Shown: piece by piece, positions 12,868-26,543 of the stretch
Layout: each line of letters opens with the position of its first letter
Position numbering within the stretch: position 1 is the first letter of the stretch
Origin: Octopus sinensis
Lineage: Eukaryota
Reading direction: 5' to 3'
NCBI RefSeq assembly: GCF_006345805.1
Contig: NW_021831991.1
Span: 404 to 64,403, forward strand
DNA length: 64,000 nt
Translations under genes and position numbers: made by a program
The notes under the pieces: model-generated
The model's input: only the letters and a program-made list of their open reading frames with translations
Told to the model about the DNA's origin: nothing
Database searches by the model: none

Positions 12868-13393
12868 GATGCAATACCAGGCAGTGACTCACGTGGCTTT
12901 TGATCTTAACTGATTGGAAGCCCTTATCATGGATATGTGTATTAGTATAAAAGATGGGCTACGGCAAATAATCTGCACAATACCACAGATTTGCTTGTCA
13001 GTTGCTTGACTTAACCAGTTGACCATGTCCCTTAGTGGCTGACGATATGTGCATCTCTGATCACGAGCAGAAGTAGTGGGGGAGCATCATAGCCGTGTGT
13101 TGAAAGGAATTCTTAGAGGTTTGAATAATTCACCTCTGAGTGTTTCGTTCAAAAGCCTTAAACAATTCTTACTCAAGGACGTTTTGAGCGGGATGGGCTA
13201 CTCGACATGAAGAAAATTCTAACTGGGCCCAACCTGCAAGGTCATGCGCTATTTACCTTCATATGAGGTCACCATGTCGCGCACATATGGTTGTGATGCA
13301 TGTACCTGGTATACCCCTATCAGACAGGTAGTTATGACGGGCTTTGTATATTTTTCACCAGTGTCACTTTGATGGCGTGCACAGCTCTCGCAT
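12868..13393 (+). mobile_element. (AAT)n-associated repeat, copy C with longer 5' end
   Basis: Same body plus about 70 nt extra 5' sequence (GATGCAATACCAGGCAGTG), also seen as a stub at 11585..11609. Confidence 0.8.
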
Positions 13394-13563
13394 TAAAATA
13401 ATTATGGTAACAATCTATTACTATTGCCATGAGCAAGGAGAGGTAAATCCAGGAATGACTCAAAATCTCTAGGCTAAAAGTAGAGACGAAATAGCTGATT
13501 CTAACTGTACAGCGTCACTATCTATCTATAACTAACAAAATAAAACGGTAATAAGATATAAGA

Positions 13564-14541
13564 CTAGTAGTATAACCCGGCGTTGCCCGGGATTAAGTTA
13601 CGATTATTAAGCTAATCAAGTTCTTTATTTCAAACCAAACTAAGTAATATCGACGTCAAATTTGGGCGAAATCCGTTGAAATTGGTAGGGTTATTTAAGG
13701 AAATACAGATAACTTCTGTTATTTGCTTGAAGGCTCTGCTGTCAGGTGTTTGTAATGTTCATGAGATATTTGAAAGGCAGTGCTGATATGTTAAATAAAT
13801 GTATTCTCAACAAAACAATTTTTTTACTCGGCGTAAAATAAAAACAAAACTCTTTCGCACTCAAAGTAATATATATGTGAGAGAGAGGGGGGAGAAAGAT
13901 GAACGATTTAAAATAAATAGATGATCTAAAATAAATATATTGTAATTGTTGTGTGAGAAAGTATATATACTCTGATTGAAAAATATAGCGTCTTTCAAAA
14001 ACATCCTAAATTTGAACACTATATCTCGTATTTAAAAAAAAAAACATTTTACATTTTATTTTTTATGAAAGCTGTGACTTACTCGCCCTCCCCCTCTCTC
14101 TCTCACTTTGTCTTTACCTTTTTTTAGAACGCTGTCAAATTATCTCCCACTTTTCCTTACATATACTTTTCTTTACTATTTTTGTTAGCCGTTGCGAAAC
14201 ACTCTCTCTCCCTCACAAACACACACATACATCAACACACAACTTCTCTCTCTCCCTCACACACACACACTTTCGCTTGGTTATGGCTAGAAGGGACTTA
14301 ACCCATGTTAGCAACCTTCAAAATAGGTAAAAGCTATGGCTGAAAATAGATTTTTACCTGTATCCGCGGGAGCCTCGTGAAAAAAAAAAGTTCACAAAAC
14401 CCAGGTAGGATGTTGATGAATGTCCTCCTGAAATTGGAGCTACATGCGTGCTAATTTGTGGACGGGCATAAATTACAATCACGCACACACGCACACAAAC
14501 ACACACACACACACACACATCCTGCTTTATATATATACAGA
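13564..14541 (-). mobile_element. Non-autonomous Helitron, different internal sequence
   Basis: A|TCTGTATATA 5' end; perfect CCCGG/CCGGG hairpin at 13576..13591, 8 nt from terminal CTAG|T. Confidence 0.72.
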
Positions 14542-14769
14542 TGGTTATCATCAAGTGCACAATATGCATTTGTAGAAGAAGATAGTTGACATCTTTGCCA
14601 AACCCAGGTGTATACATGGATAGAAACTTGTTGACAGTATGTCCACTGGAAAATATGGCAAACTTTTCAGCGTGAAAACGAACGAAAAATGCTAAAATAT
14701 GTACGAATCCCGTACGAGACACTCCACCCCGAATTAATAAATGGATCAAGAATAACAGTTCTGATACAA

Positions 14770-15020
14770 TAATGTGGAAAAAATACCTGCTACCTGATGA
14801 ACATTGTTATCCCATCTAACAAAAACATGGGTCAAAAAGAAATGGAGAAACTGTCAACATATAAGAGACTTGATAATGAAATACACAAAATATTGGCAAT
14901 AAAATAACAAACTTCGGATAACAACTTCAGTATTAGGTATGATAAAAATATGAACAGAAATATACAGGCCGTACTATAGCTCATATTACTGCACTCATTT
15001 CAAACAGTTCCTCCACTAGA
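14770..15020 (+). mobile_element. Decayed RLE LINE 3' fragment
   Basis: NIVIPSNKNMGQKEMEKLSTYKRL resembles the DxxxP..KExEKxxKYxxL endonuclease tail. Confidence 0.45.
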
Positions 15021-15500
15021 AGTAACCAATATTCTACCCAAGCCACTTTCGGTTCAGTAACAAATTAAAATTGCTTAAAACAATTCAAAGGTGCAAGATC
15101 AATATGCAATAATCTAACCCAAAACGCACTCCAACAAAACCGATAGCCGGCACTCTAATACAAACAACAAGAAAAGAATCACATTCTACACACCTGAAAC
15201 TCATTAATGCTATATGAATCACACATCACATTCTTATACTAAATAACCGTCTCGCACTAATCAACCAACACTTACGAAACATATTCCAAACACAGCAAAA
15301 TAAATGAACTGACACAGCACGTATTCTGCATAACAGAAGAAACAGTAAAATAGCACCGGGATTAACAAATATAAAACCTATTTAAAAAGTAAGCTGATAC
15401 AAAGACAGGTCCACGTCCTAAAAGGACACTACCTTCAGGTACACCAATAGCACCTGGTGCTATAGTTGAAAATATATTGAAATAAAGTATGCTGCTGCAG

Positions 15501-15552
<52 letters not shown>

Positions 15553-16001
15553 CTGCTACAGCTGTTGCTGCTGCTGCTGCTATTACAACTACTATTGTAA
15601 CTATTATTTCTGTTGCTGCTGCTACTGCTGCTAATACTATCACTGCCACCACCACTGCTACAGCTGATAATGATGATGATGAAAATGACGAAAACGATGA
15701 TTAAGGTAAAAACGATGATTATGATGACGGTGACAATAAAACATATAACATTTAATAGATGGCCAGAAATATACATGGATTGTTGATTAGGTTCCAGTTC
15801 GTGACTGGTAACATAATTTATTGACATTGAAGAATCAAAAGCAATGACAAAATCGATGGAATTTGAACTTAGAATAGAAAAAAGCTGAAATAAATACGGT
15901 GGAGTAATTCTGCTAATCCGCTGTTAAGTTTAGGAAGTCATATTATAGATACACAAAATCAATTTTTAAAACATGTCTAAACGAGGTATTAGGCATTAAT
16001 A

Positions 16002-17236
16002 CGAGTGGCTTTCAATAAGCAATGCCTTTGACCCACTTGCAGTTGTTTGATCTAGCATGTGCACTTATTTATACCTCTATAGATTAAGTGGCGAATTACA
16101 GCTCTGAACTAATTGTGGTTTCCGATTTATAGGTATTTGAACTGAGTCAAGTGTGAAATGGAGCCTGTTGAGTGTCGAGCAGTGATCTGGTTTTTGTATT
16201 TGAAAGGACGCACACCACGGGAGACTTTTGATGAAATGAAAGTAACTTATGGTGATGATGCCCCATCATATGACCTTGTAAAACGCTGGCATTGTGAATT
16301 TAAACATAGTCGGAACTCTGTGGAAACAGCTCCCAGATCTGGTCGCCCCCTTCTGCCGTTGATGAGACGTCTGTCCGTCAAGTTGTGGCTGCCATTTTGG
16401 AAGGTCAACGCATAACTATTCGCCAAATAGCCCATAAGGTCAAGATTAGTACCGGGTCTGTGGAAACTATCATTCATGACCATTTGCATATGCAAAAGGT
16501 GTCTGCCAGATGGATTTCCAGGTTGCTCACACCTTTCCAGAAGCAAGAACGCGTTGAGTGCTCGAGGATGAATTTGGAGATGTGCCAAGAAGATGAGTCA
16601 AAATTTTTCAAAAGACTGATCACACAGGATAAAACCTGGGTCCATCACTATGATCCATAGACCAAAGCCCAGTCAATGCAGTGAAAGCACCGTGACTCAC
16701 CTCCTCCAAAGTAGGCAAGGGTGCAGCGCTCCGCTGACAAGGTTATGCTCACAGTGATGACAGATTTCCTGGCAAAGGGTACCACAATTACAGGAGCCTA
16801 TTATGCTTCACTTTTGAGGAAATTAAGAGAAGCTATGAAAATCAAGAGGCGGGGCAAGATCAGCAAAGGCATCCTCCTCCTGCAGGACAACGCTCCAGTC
16901 CACAACTCGCGTGTCGCCAGATCAGAAGCACAGGCGTGCAGCTATGAACTCCTCTCCTTGCACCCTCTGATTTTCACCTCTTCCCAGCCATGAAGTTGAT
17001 TTTGAAAGGAAAGCGTTTCCCAGATGATGCAGCCTTGATTTCTGAAGTCACGTCGTGGTTGGAGGACCAAGCTGGGGTCTTCTACAAAAACGGTCTCCAG
17101 AGCTGTATCAAACGATGGGAGAAATGCATAACTCTGGGTAGGTCCTATGTAGGAAAAGACTAATAACTGTGCCAAGTGTCGTTGCTCTACTGCTATGGGA
17201 AGTGGGTCAGGGGCATTACTTATTGAACGCCCCTCG
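16002..17236 (+). mobile_element. Mariner DNA transposon, irritans-like, defective
   Basis: TIRs CGAGTGGCTTTCAATAAGCAATGCC / GGGCATTACTTATTGAACGCCCCTCG with TA on both sides; transposase pieces (SGRP, KVSARWISRLLT, ITQDKTWVHHYDP, LQDNAPVH) with stops, frameshifts and loss of YSPDLAP. Confidence 0.93.
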
Positions 17237-17978
17237 TACACTAGCTATCTCTCCATTGCACGCTAAATGATTTTACTAAACTAGACACAAAAACGAAAAT
17301 ATTGACCGCTTTTAGAATACATTACTCTAAATCTAATACATAAATATTGTATTTATTACGAATACAGGGTATTGGAGGCTTTATGCAATTAAAAATTATC
17401 ATGAAATATCAATAGCTGTATCTCAAAAGATGGAGTGAAACATAATGAAAATTTGATAGGAATAACTGCGAAGCGCAAAGAAAACAATTTTTTTTTTCAG
17501 GGAAAGAAAATGCATAAAACAAGCTGAAATGGCAGACGGATATGAATAAAAATTGGAAATAACAGAAATTGTGAAAAGACTAAAACCTTGACTAAATGTG
17601 TATTTGCAGAATATCATCATAAGGTGATGGCATAAGTCCTTACTATGCCAACCTAAGAAAAAACTGAACTAAGTGTAAGTAGACACGCAAGTCTCAAACA
17701 ATGTTCGTGAAGTGAAAAACTCAAATTTAGGTTTTAATATTCACTCAAAAATCAAAGACTGTTCACCAGATTTCTCCAAAAGAATAATAAAGCCAAAAAG
17801 AATACCTGCATTCTTTGTGAAAATGGAAAATAAAGTTAAGGACATTGATAATAATGATAATAATTGTTCCAAAAATAAGTATACTGTTACAACCCTTTTT
17901 TTTCATCGAAGACACATGATTACACTGTTCATTTTCCACATAAGATGAAGCATTCAAGATGTTCCACGTGTGTGTGTT

Positions 17979-18022
<44 letters not shown>

Positions 18023-19288
18023 CACACAGTCGCGCCAGTGTGTGCGTATGTGTGCGTGTGTGTGCGTATGTATGCGTGTGTGTGCGTATGTGTGCGTGTG
18101 TGATATACCTTAGAATACCTGTTAGGTTTAGTGATACTAATAAAGTGTTTTCTTTGTGCAATAAATAGTAGTCGAGTTTCCCTCAAATCATAATCTGTAG
18201 TTGACGTGCAAAAACAAGAAAGAAAAAAGTTTGTCATTGCACATTTTATCATAAGTCTGTTCGACTACGGATGATGTAGGATATGAATAACCACAGCTGT
18301 AACAGCAACAAGGAAATAATTTTACAATGAAAGCCGCGTAATATTACTTACAATTTTGAATAAGAAAGAAATAACTGACAAAAATACGCATATGTGAAAA
18401 GAAACGTAGATTTAAAGCAGTCTATAGAAGTTTGTATTTAAATATAAAAACCTTTGCCCGTTTTTCTTTTAGTTTATTTTAATATAGACTTATATCATAA
18501 AACAGAATATTCAATGAAGATCTGTTCGTTGTTTGAACTTTAGAACGTCGATAGTATACACGATCACACGTGCACGCACACTCGCCCGCGCGCACACACA
18601 CACACACACACACAACACACAATACACACATTTTATTATTATCCATTGATCTTATCCAACCTAGCCCTCACACACCGTCCTTTTCTAAAACGCTAGCTCT
18701 TACATGCTATTCTTTTCTGAGATAGTCTCTTAAAGTTTATTAATAAACACTCTCTGAAGTCGTGCCTGGACATATTTAGATTACACCTGCTCCCGCTATT
18801 CACCTCTCTCACATGAACAGCAACAATAAAGACCTCCAGGAAATTACATTTCACATTCATTTCAAAATGAATGTGAAATGAATACATTTCACATTCTACT
18901 GCTACTTGATCTTCTCCAAACACCAAACAGCTCTTAACCCCTACTATACTTAGTACATAAATCTCACTTGAGTGCTCTCTGAAGTCATTGAACTAGGTCA
19001 CATCTGTGGTTGTCGGTGCAGAAGCCAAATTCATTACATCATTACATCAACTCATTACATCAACTTGTTTCATCTGCTGATCTGTTTGTTAGCTACCAAA
19101 CCAATATTTACTAGATCACAACGGTCTCCGAACAGAGCCTGCTCAAATCTGTCCAACACAGAAGAAGATATATATATAACTTAAAATACAAAATGGGACA
19201 AGAACGCAAAACATCCGCACAACTAGATGATACAAAAAGGGACAACAAAACATCCACATAGACGATATCCATACACACACATAGGGTC

Positions 19289-19447
19289 AGGTACGGCAGT
19301 GTGGTAGGACGATTGCTACCCAACCACATGGCTCCGGTTTCAGTCCCACAGCGGGCACCTTGGGCAAGGGTTTTCTACTATAACCTCTGGCCGACCAAGG
19401 CTTTGCGAGCGGATTTGCTGGACGGAAACTAAAAGAAGCCCGTTGTT

Positions 19448-19478
<31 letters not shown>

Positions 19479-19725
19479 TGTGTGTGTGTTGTGTGTGTGT
19501 GTGTGTGTGCGTGTGTATGTTTATTTGTTTGTGTTTCTCCTCCCACCATCGCTTGGCAGCCAATGCTGGTGTGTTTATGTCCCCGTCACTTAGCGTTTCG
19601 GCAAAAGAGGCAGATAAAATAAGTACTAGGCTCACAAAGAATAAGTCCTGGGGTAGATTTCTTCGACCTTTTAAGACGGTGCTGCAGCATGCTCGCAATC
19701 AAATTACTGAAGCATTTAAAAGAAG
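19289..19725 (+). mobile_element. tRNA-derived SINE family 1, full length, internal (TA)n(GT)n
   Basis: GGCAGTGTGGTAG..GTTTCAGTCCC head; body collinear with 2710..3173. Confidence 0.85.
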
Positions 19726-19731
19726 AAAAGA

Positions 19732-19734
<3 letters not shown>

Positions 19735-19804
<70 letters not shown>

Positions 19805-19866
19805 TAATACAGCTCTCAACACCACCTGTCTTCGTCTTTTATTGTCATTTGTGAATTCACCGTATA

Positions 19867-19921
<55 letters not shown>

Positions 19922-20210
19922 GTATATATATATATATATTATATATATATATATATATATTATATATATGCATATAATTATACATATATATACATAAATA
20001 TGTACACACACATATATATATATATACATATATATATACACATATATATATGCAATTATATATATAATGCATACATATGTATATATATATATACATATAT
20101 ATAGATACATACATATATATGCATTATAAATATATATATATATATATATAATGTATATATATGTGCATATATATATATATATACGTATATATATTTATAC
20201 CCAATATACC

Positions 20211-20254
<44 letters not shown>

Positions 20255-20508
20255 GTATATATATGTGTATATATATATACATATATATATTTATACCCAA
20301 TATACCCACAGTTATATATATATATATATGTATACGTATAATTGCAGCGTGGAAGGTGTTTATAACCCATTTAAATGCATACAAAAACCGTTAGATTCAC
20401 TTCAACATTTAAATTTAATTTGCCAAAATATTTTAGTTGCTTTGAGACCGTGACCTGTTCACTGACAAAATTCCGTGCTGCATCTGAGAAAGTAACAGTC
20501 AGTTTATG

Positions 20509-20543
<35 letters not shown>

Positions 20544-21051
20544 TGTATGTATGTATGTATGTATGTATGTGTATGTATGTGTGTGTAAATGTGCGTATGT
20601 ATATATGTACATGGTTATGCATGTGTGCATGCCTATACGCATGTATGTATGCATGTAAGTATGTATTATGTATTTATGCATTTACATGAATATTTAGGTA
20701 AATGTGTGTGTGTATACATGTCTATCTATATGTGAACGTATGTTTATGTACTGATATGTTCCTATTCAAGTTGTATACATGATTGTTACTTTGTTGAAGG
20801 TTGTATACACACACATATACATACATATGCATATACATATGTATAGACACACACACATCTATATGTGTGTGTGTGTGTGTGTGTGCGTTTGTCCCTCTCA
20901 CCACCATATAACGGTAAATGGATATAACATCTTAGATACATATAAGCACATATAACCTTACTTATACATATATACAAGTACACACAATCATATATACACA
21001 TCTCTGTAATATATATCTCCGTAATATATATAAATTATAAATATATTTATA

Positions 21052-21119
<68 letters not shown>

Positions 21120-21125
21120 TATACA

Positions 21126-21161
<36 letters not shown>

Positions 21162-21173
21162 CATGTATATATG

Positions 21174-21209
<36 letters not shown>

Positions 21210-21210
21210 A
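19735..21210. repeat. Large compound microsatellite field (TA)n/(TATG)n/(GT)n
   Basis: Directly visible. Other major tracts: (TA)n 31-150, 281-360, 43757-43855, 51830-51946; (AAT)n 10424-10508, 10978-11072; (GAT)n 12822-12863; (CTA/CTG)n 15501-15560; (TATG)n 22515-23195; (AG)n 25892-25925; (CA)n 30715-30780. Confidence 0.97.
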
Positions 21211-21563
21211 ATGTATACGTGCTAACCTAGTGAATGTTTTAGAAATAGATGTTAAATGCTGTTTTCAACTGAAGATAGCAAAGCATGTTCGTCATGCAAA
21301 GCGGGAAATCAATTAATATTGAAACATGTATTACTTATCCATGTATTCTAAGCAAGGGTAAGCCTATTTTTGAAATATTTATTGCATTGCTAGTGTGTAT
21401 CTTTATTGTAACTTTTATGGTGATTTTTGGAGCATTGGCTCTGATTTTAGCAAGTGGTATTATAAACCCTAACTAATCTTAAGTTACTATATATATATGC
21501 ATGTATATATATATATATATATATATGTATGTTTGTATATATACACATATGTATGTCACAACC

Positions 21564-21608
21564 TAGGACCTTGAAGACTGCTTTAATGCAAGAAAGTATA
21601 CTAGTCCC
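21564..21608 (+). ncRNA. Decayed hammerhead motif
   Basis: GGAC-C(T)TGAAGA-cTGC(tttaat)GCAa-GAA-AGTATACT-A-GTCC: one extra nucleotide in the core and a mismatched stem II closing pair. Confidence 0.5.
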
Positions 21609-21807
21609 ATAATATTTGATATTCAATATTTCATCTCTTCAGTAAGACAATCTATACTTCATTCCATTCTACTATATATACTATTTATACTATATATTCT
21701 ATATTCTACATTAATATTATAAAGAATATAAATAAACATAAAAAACAGAGTTGGAATTCCTTTGAATAATATATATCCCTCTATACACAATCATACAAAC
21801 CCCATTT

Positions 21808-21838
<31 letters not shown>

Positions 21839-24689
21839 GATAGATATATAGATATATAGATATATAGATATATATATATATACATACATATATATCTCAG
21901 ACATGCTTTATCCTATACTATCAAGTTGGCCTCATAAAAGTGAAGGAGAAGAGTGGAGGAAATAGCGTATGATCTTGTAATGAGCATTTTAAAATCTGTT
22001 TCAACTTCAAGCGGTTCAGAAGTCGATAAACTTTCTTTTATGCCTCCAGTTATATATAATATGGTAAAACGTACACGCTCTGTCTAGATAATTCATTTAT
22101 CGTACGAGAAATATTACACATTTTTTAATATTTTCAATAAGTTCTTAGTTTTATTACTTTGAAGATGCCCCCTACACTATATGACCTGAAATTATGTATA
22201 TAACATATATTGTGTCATCTTTCTTTTAAAATTATTTTACTTATACCTATAGTAAATGTGTTCGTTTCCAAGAAAGATACAACCTCAATCTCTGGAATTT
22301 ACCGAACAAGATTGATGAAGAAAAAATCTGGCAAACTTTTTAATATTCCATTTACAGAAAATGCAACTTAGCTCGCAACTTTATTCAAATCTGAAAAACC
22401 GAAGTGTTTCGAGATTGCTGTTTCAATATTTATTAGCAGAGCTACATGCACCAAAAATTTCGAGCATAAATTTTTACATATTACTCTAGATAAAACTGAA
22501 GGATTCGTTTATGTACGTATGTATGTATGTATGTATGTATGTATGTATGTATGTATGTATGTATGTATACATGAATGTGTTTATGCATGTATGTATGAAA
22601 TAACCACTTAGTTATTTTTAAAACATCTGACTAGGAGTAAGACACTTCGATATAAAACTTAAGGATTGTTCTGGTCTGGTTGACCTATCCACCGCTAAGC
22701 CAGCGAGAGAATATCTGTTGTATATGAAAAGTGAATCCAGTTCCGGGCTCATTTCACTCACTATAATGAATTTGACGAACAGGTTGTTCTTGGATAATAC
22801 ATTATAGAAAGAAACATGTAAGATTTTAAGAGGCTGGCTCACACGATAGAGTTTAACTTCGAACATGTAAGTCATATGTGTATGTATGTATGTATGTATG
22901 TATGTATGTATGTATGTATGTATGTATGTATGTATGTATGAATATATATGTATGTATGTATGTGCGTGCGTGTGTGTCTGTGTGAGTGTATGCGTATACG
23001 TATGTATATATGCATGTGTCTACAAACGTTTATATATGTGTGCAGGTGTGCTTCTGCGGGTAAGTGTTTCCTTCTCTCTCTGTATATAATTGTTTAAATA
23101 TTTGAATGTTTGTATGTATGAATGTATGTATGTATGTATGTATGTATGTATGTATGTATGTATGTATGTATGTATGTATGTATGTATGTATGTATAGATT
23201 GATGGATAGATGGATGGATATATGTATGTATGTAAATGGACGCATATATATATTTATATATATATGTGTGTGTGTGTGTGCATGAATGTATGTATTTTCT
23301 TAACAAGTGTAAAAAATGGAATACACTGATTTCATATCAATAATTATAGTTAATAATGAGTCTCATACCTTTCAATGTATATATAACCTGATCAAATAAG
23401 TTCTATTATATCGAACAGTCAGTTATCTTCACTCTACAGCAATTATCTTCAATCTACAGCAATATTTAGACATTCATAGAAAAGGAATTCGTTATTAAAC
23501 TTCCCGAGCAATATGTTGTATTGTTATGTATTTTAATGACAATATCATGTGCTCTCACAAATGGCATCTTAATATTTTCAAATCACCTTCACCATACTGC
23601 AATTTTCCTATTAATTATACCAAAACTGTGAAACAAGGTTGATGCTGTTGCAGTTTTGTCTTCGGTATAGTAGTTACTTACCGTCTTTGTCATATATAGG
23701 TGGTTATTTGAATGGATGAATTACAGAGTGGCTATGCATAAATGAATGTTTAGAGATAAGTTTATTTAAATAGATACTAATTCATTCCTTGTCATACAGT
23801 AAGACCCTGGCATAACCATACCGTTATATGATACAGCAATGATTACATTATCCTATTTGCCCTTTCTATTTTTGTAAGGTGATTTGTGATTTGAGGGAGT
23901 TTCTATTCCTATTTCAAGCAATTTAATAGATATTATAGAAGTTATATTGTTTTATTTAATGTAAAATTTAGATGTGTGTCAAAGCCCTTTTAAAATACTC
24001 AGGATAGATATATTATATGGTATAATCCACGATAGCAGATTGGTGTACATATTTGTAAATAATTTCCTGTCTGTAATAGGAAATTGTTTTTCTAAGGAGA
24101 TTTCCATTACATAGAACTAAATTGAGCTGCAACTGCATGGAATACATTTCTCATGTGAACAAGAGTGACAATGCAAAAATATTCCAACAAACATAGAGCA
24201 ATTTTACAATTCACTATACGAAGTTATTGCATGCAATCGTAAAAACTGCACCAGAGACATATATATCGACACTGTTGCATCAGTTGAAATTTATTTTTCT
24301 GTTCTACAAAGCAGAAAAAAACTACATGGACTTGAATGTAGCTTATAACCAGTTGGTTCGTCTGGGCCACGCTGCTTGATTCTAATATGTAAGGTCAAAC
24401 AGTTTAGGTAGACTGTTTAGGCATTATCAAAAAACAAAAAAACAAAACAAAGGCTTTATTTTTAAGATTTTATTTTGAGTTCGTTTTGGCATTTGTTTAA
24501 GAAATGCTTGTTGCATCTGCGTTGTATAATACTTTGTGTGTACTTGCAGACACTATTCTTATCTTTATGTTATGCAATTTCGAACGATTTATGAAACGCT
24601 CAGTACAAACACGACTTACAAAGAATTCATCATTTTCACAATTTGAGCGTTTTTGCTTTAAGTATTCAAATAAAATTAAACCATTTATT

Positions 24690-25463
24690 TATAGGATAGT
24701 ACGCAAACATGGAAAATTAAATTTGATACTTCTCTGTGTGCAAATGCTTAAATTTTGGAATTCTTCTTAATTAGGACGATTCTTTAATGACCTTGGGGTT
24801 TCTGTAAAGCCAAGAAAATCGAAACCTACTCTCTTCTGTGACCGACTCTCTTCTGTGACCTACAAGTTGACTCTTACTTAAGAGAGATTTAGTGAAAGCA
24901 CTGTTGCCACCCTTAACATTATTGAAGCTTTCGTCTATATCTGTTATGCGAATCTCCTATTAAACATGCCTGCTTATGGAATCTACTTGCCTCGTCTCTT
25001 GTATTGTTAGCTTCCTATGAACTCATACTATCGTTGTGTGCATTGACGGAGTTATTTCTGACCTTATTCTATCAACCGGGTTCGGTTTAGTCCCCCTACA
25101 TTCTTTGTTTTATACGTCAATGAGTTACTTATCACTACATCCGTCAGCAGTCAGTGTGTTGTATATAGTATCATCTTATGTAGATGATACTATTCTAAAT
25201 TCTTTTCCTAACGTTACTAAATTATGCAATCTAAACACATCAGACAACCTAAACATCTCAAGTTCAATTTTTTTCTGTTCAAAGGGATTTTAAACACAAT
25301 ATTTATGTCGGTCACAGAAGAGAGTAGGTTTCGATTTTCTTGGCTTTACAGAAACCCCAAGGTCATTAAAGAATCGTCCTAATTAAGAAGAATTCCAAAA
25401 TTTAAGCATTTGCACACAGAGAAATATCAAATTTAATTTTCCATGTTTGCGTACTATCCTATA
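24690..25463. repeat. 157-bp inverted repeat with 460-nt spacer
   Basis: 24690..24846 versus 25307..25463, one mismatch; TA at both outer ends. Confidence 0.93.
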
Positions 25464-25843
25464 GGTTTATCTCTTTCGAGATCCACCTCTCTAAATAGAG
25501 GAATTATTTCAAGTTCCCTCGGAGTTTATAGATTCCTATGACGTCAGCAACATACTATTCTCGCTGGTAAGAATAACATTTCTAAAATGGATAGAGAAAT
25601 CTGAAAGATTGATTTGGTCCGACACGTTTTACAGGAGATGTGGGTTCGAGACCTGTGGGCAACATTCAGTTATTCTTTTCAGAGGGATTTTTAACGCAAT
25701 ATTTAAATGTTATTTTCTGCAACTCTATATGCTTCGTGATAAATTGTTTCAAAAGATTACGTTTTTCGAAGCTTATAATTCTTATGGTGTGAACAATATA
25801 TTTATATGTGCACGTTCGCAATTTTTGTCTGTATGTGTGTATA

Positions 25844-25933
<90 letters not shown>

Positions 25934-26543
25934 TGCCTGCTTTCACAGCCTGTGTGCTTAGTGTATGTATGTGTGCGTTTGTTTGTGTCTATGTTTATAC
26001 AATCTTAATTATCTCTTCCGATAAGTAAATGGACTGATGTTTAATTGATATTGAAGGAGATAACTGTAACTAATTGAGGAGTAAACATATTAATGAGCAA
26101 TAAATTAATCCTCAAAGTCGTAAATCTGTGTAAAACAGGGGTTTTCGAGACAATGTTTTGTTACTTTTTTTTTAACTTGTTAGTTTTTGAGTTTCACAAT
26201 CAGTATAAAGTAAATATCTGGTTTCACCTGCCACACTTTTAGGGGTCACATTTACAACTTGCGATTACGAACGAAATTTAAATGTTTTTGTCCTACATTA
26301 TATTTTCATTTTCTGTAGTGGGTAATGAATCGCTAAATGCTTCGTATATGATGTAGCGGTTGTTGTTTTTGTTTAACGCAGAATAAGTTGGAACACGCAA
26401 TCCAGTCTTTGTTGAATTTAAGGCTTGTGATGGCAAAACTGAAAATAATTAAAGACCAACCTTCTTCGACATAAATAGAAGTAAATAGGCAGTCCTAATG
26501 GACTTACTACCCTTAGGTAGTAGATTCGATCCCTGGAATGTAA

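Noticed and set aside
20450-20505. CTGACAA..GAGAAAGT with flanking complementarity
   Set aside because: C3/A8 mismatch, no stem II, stem III too short.
19463-23306. Many ORFs of YIYI, HTHT, CVCV or MYVC repeats (also at 2872, 15362, 17763, 27716, 28114, 51754)
   Set aside because: Translations of microsatellites, which lack stop codons; no coding signal.
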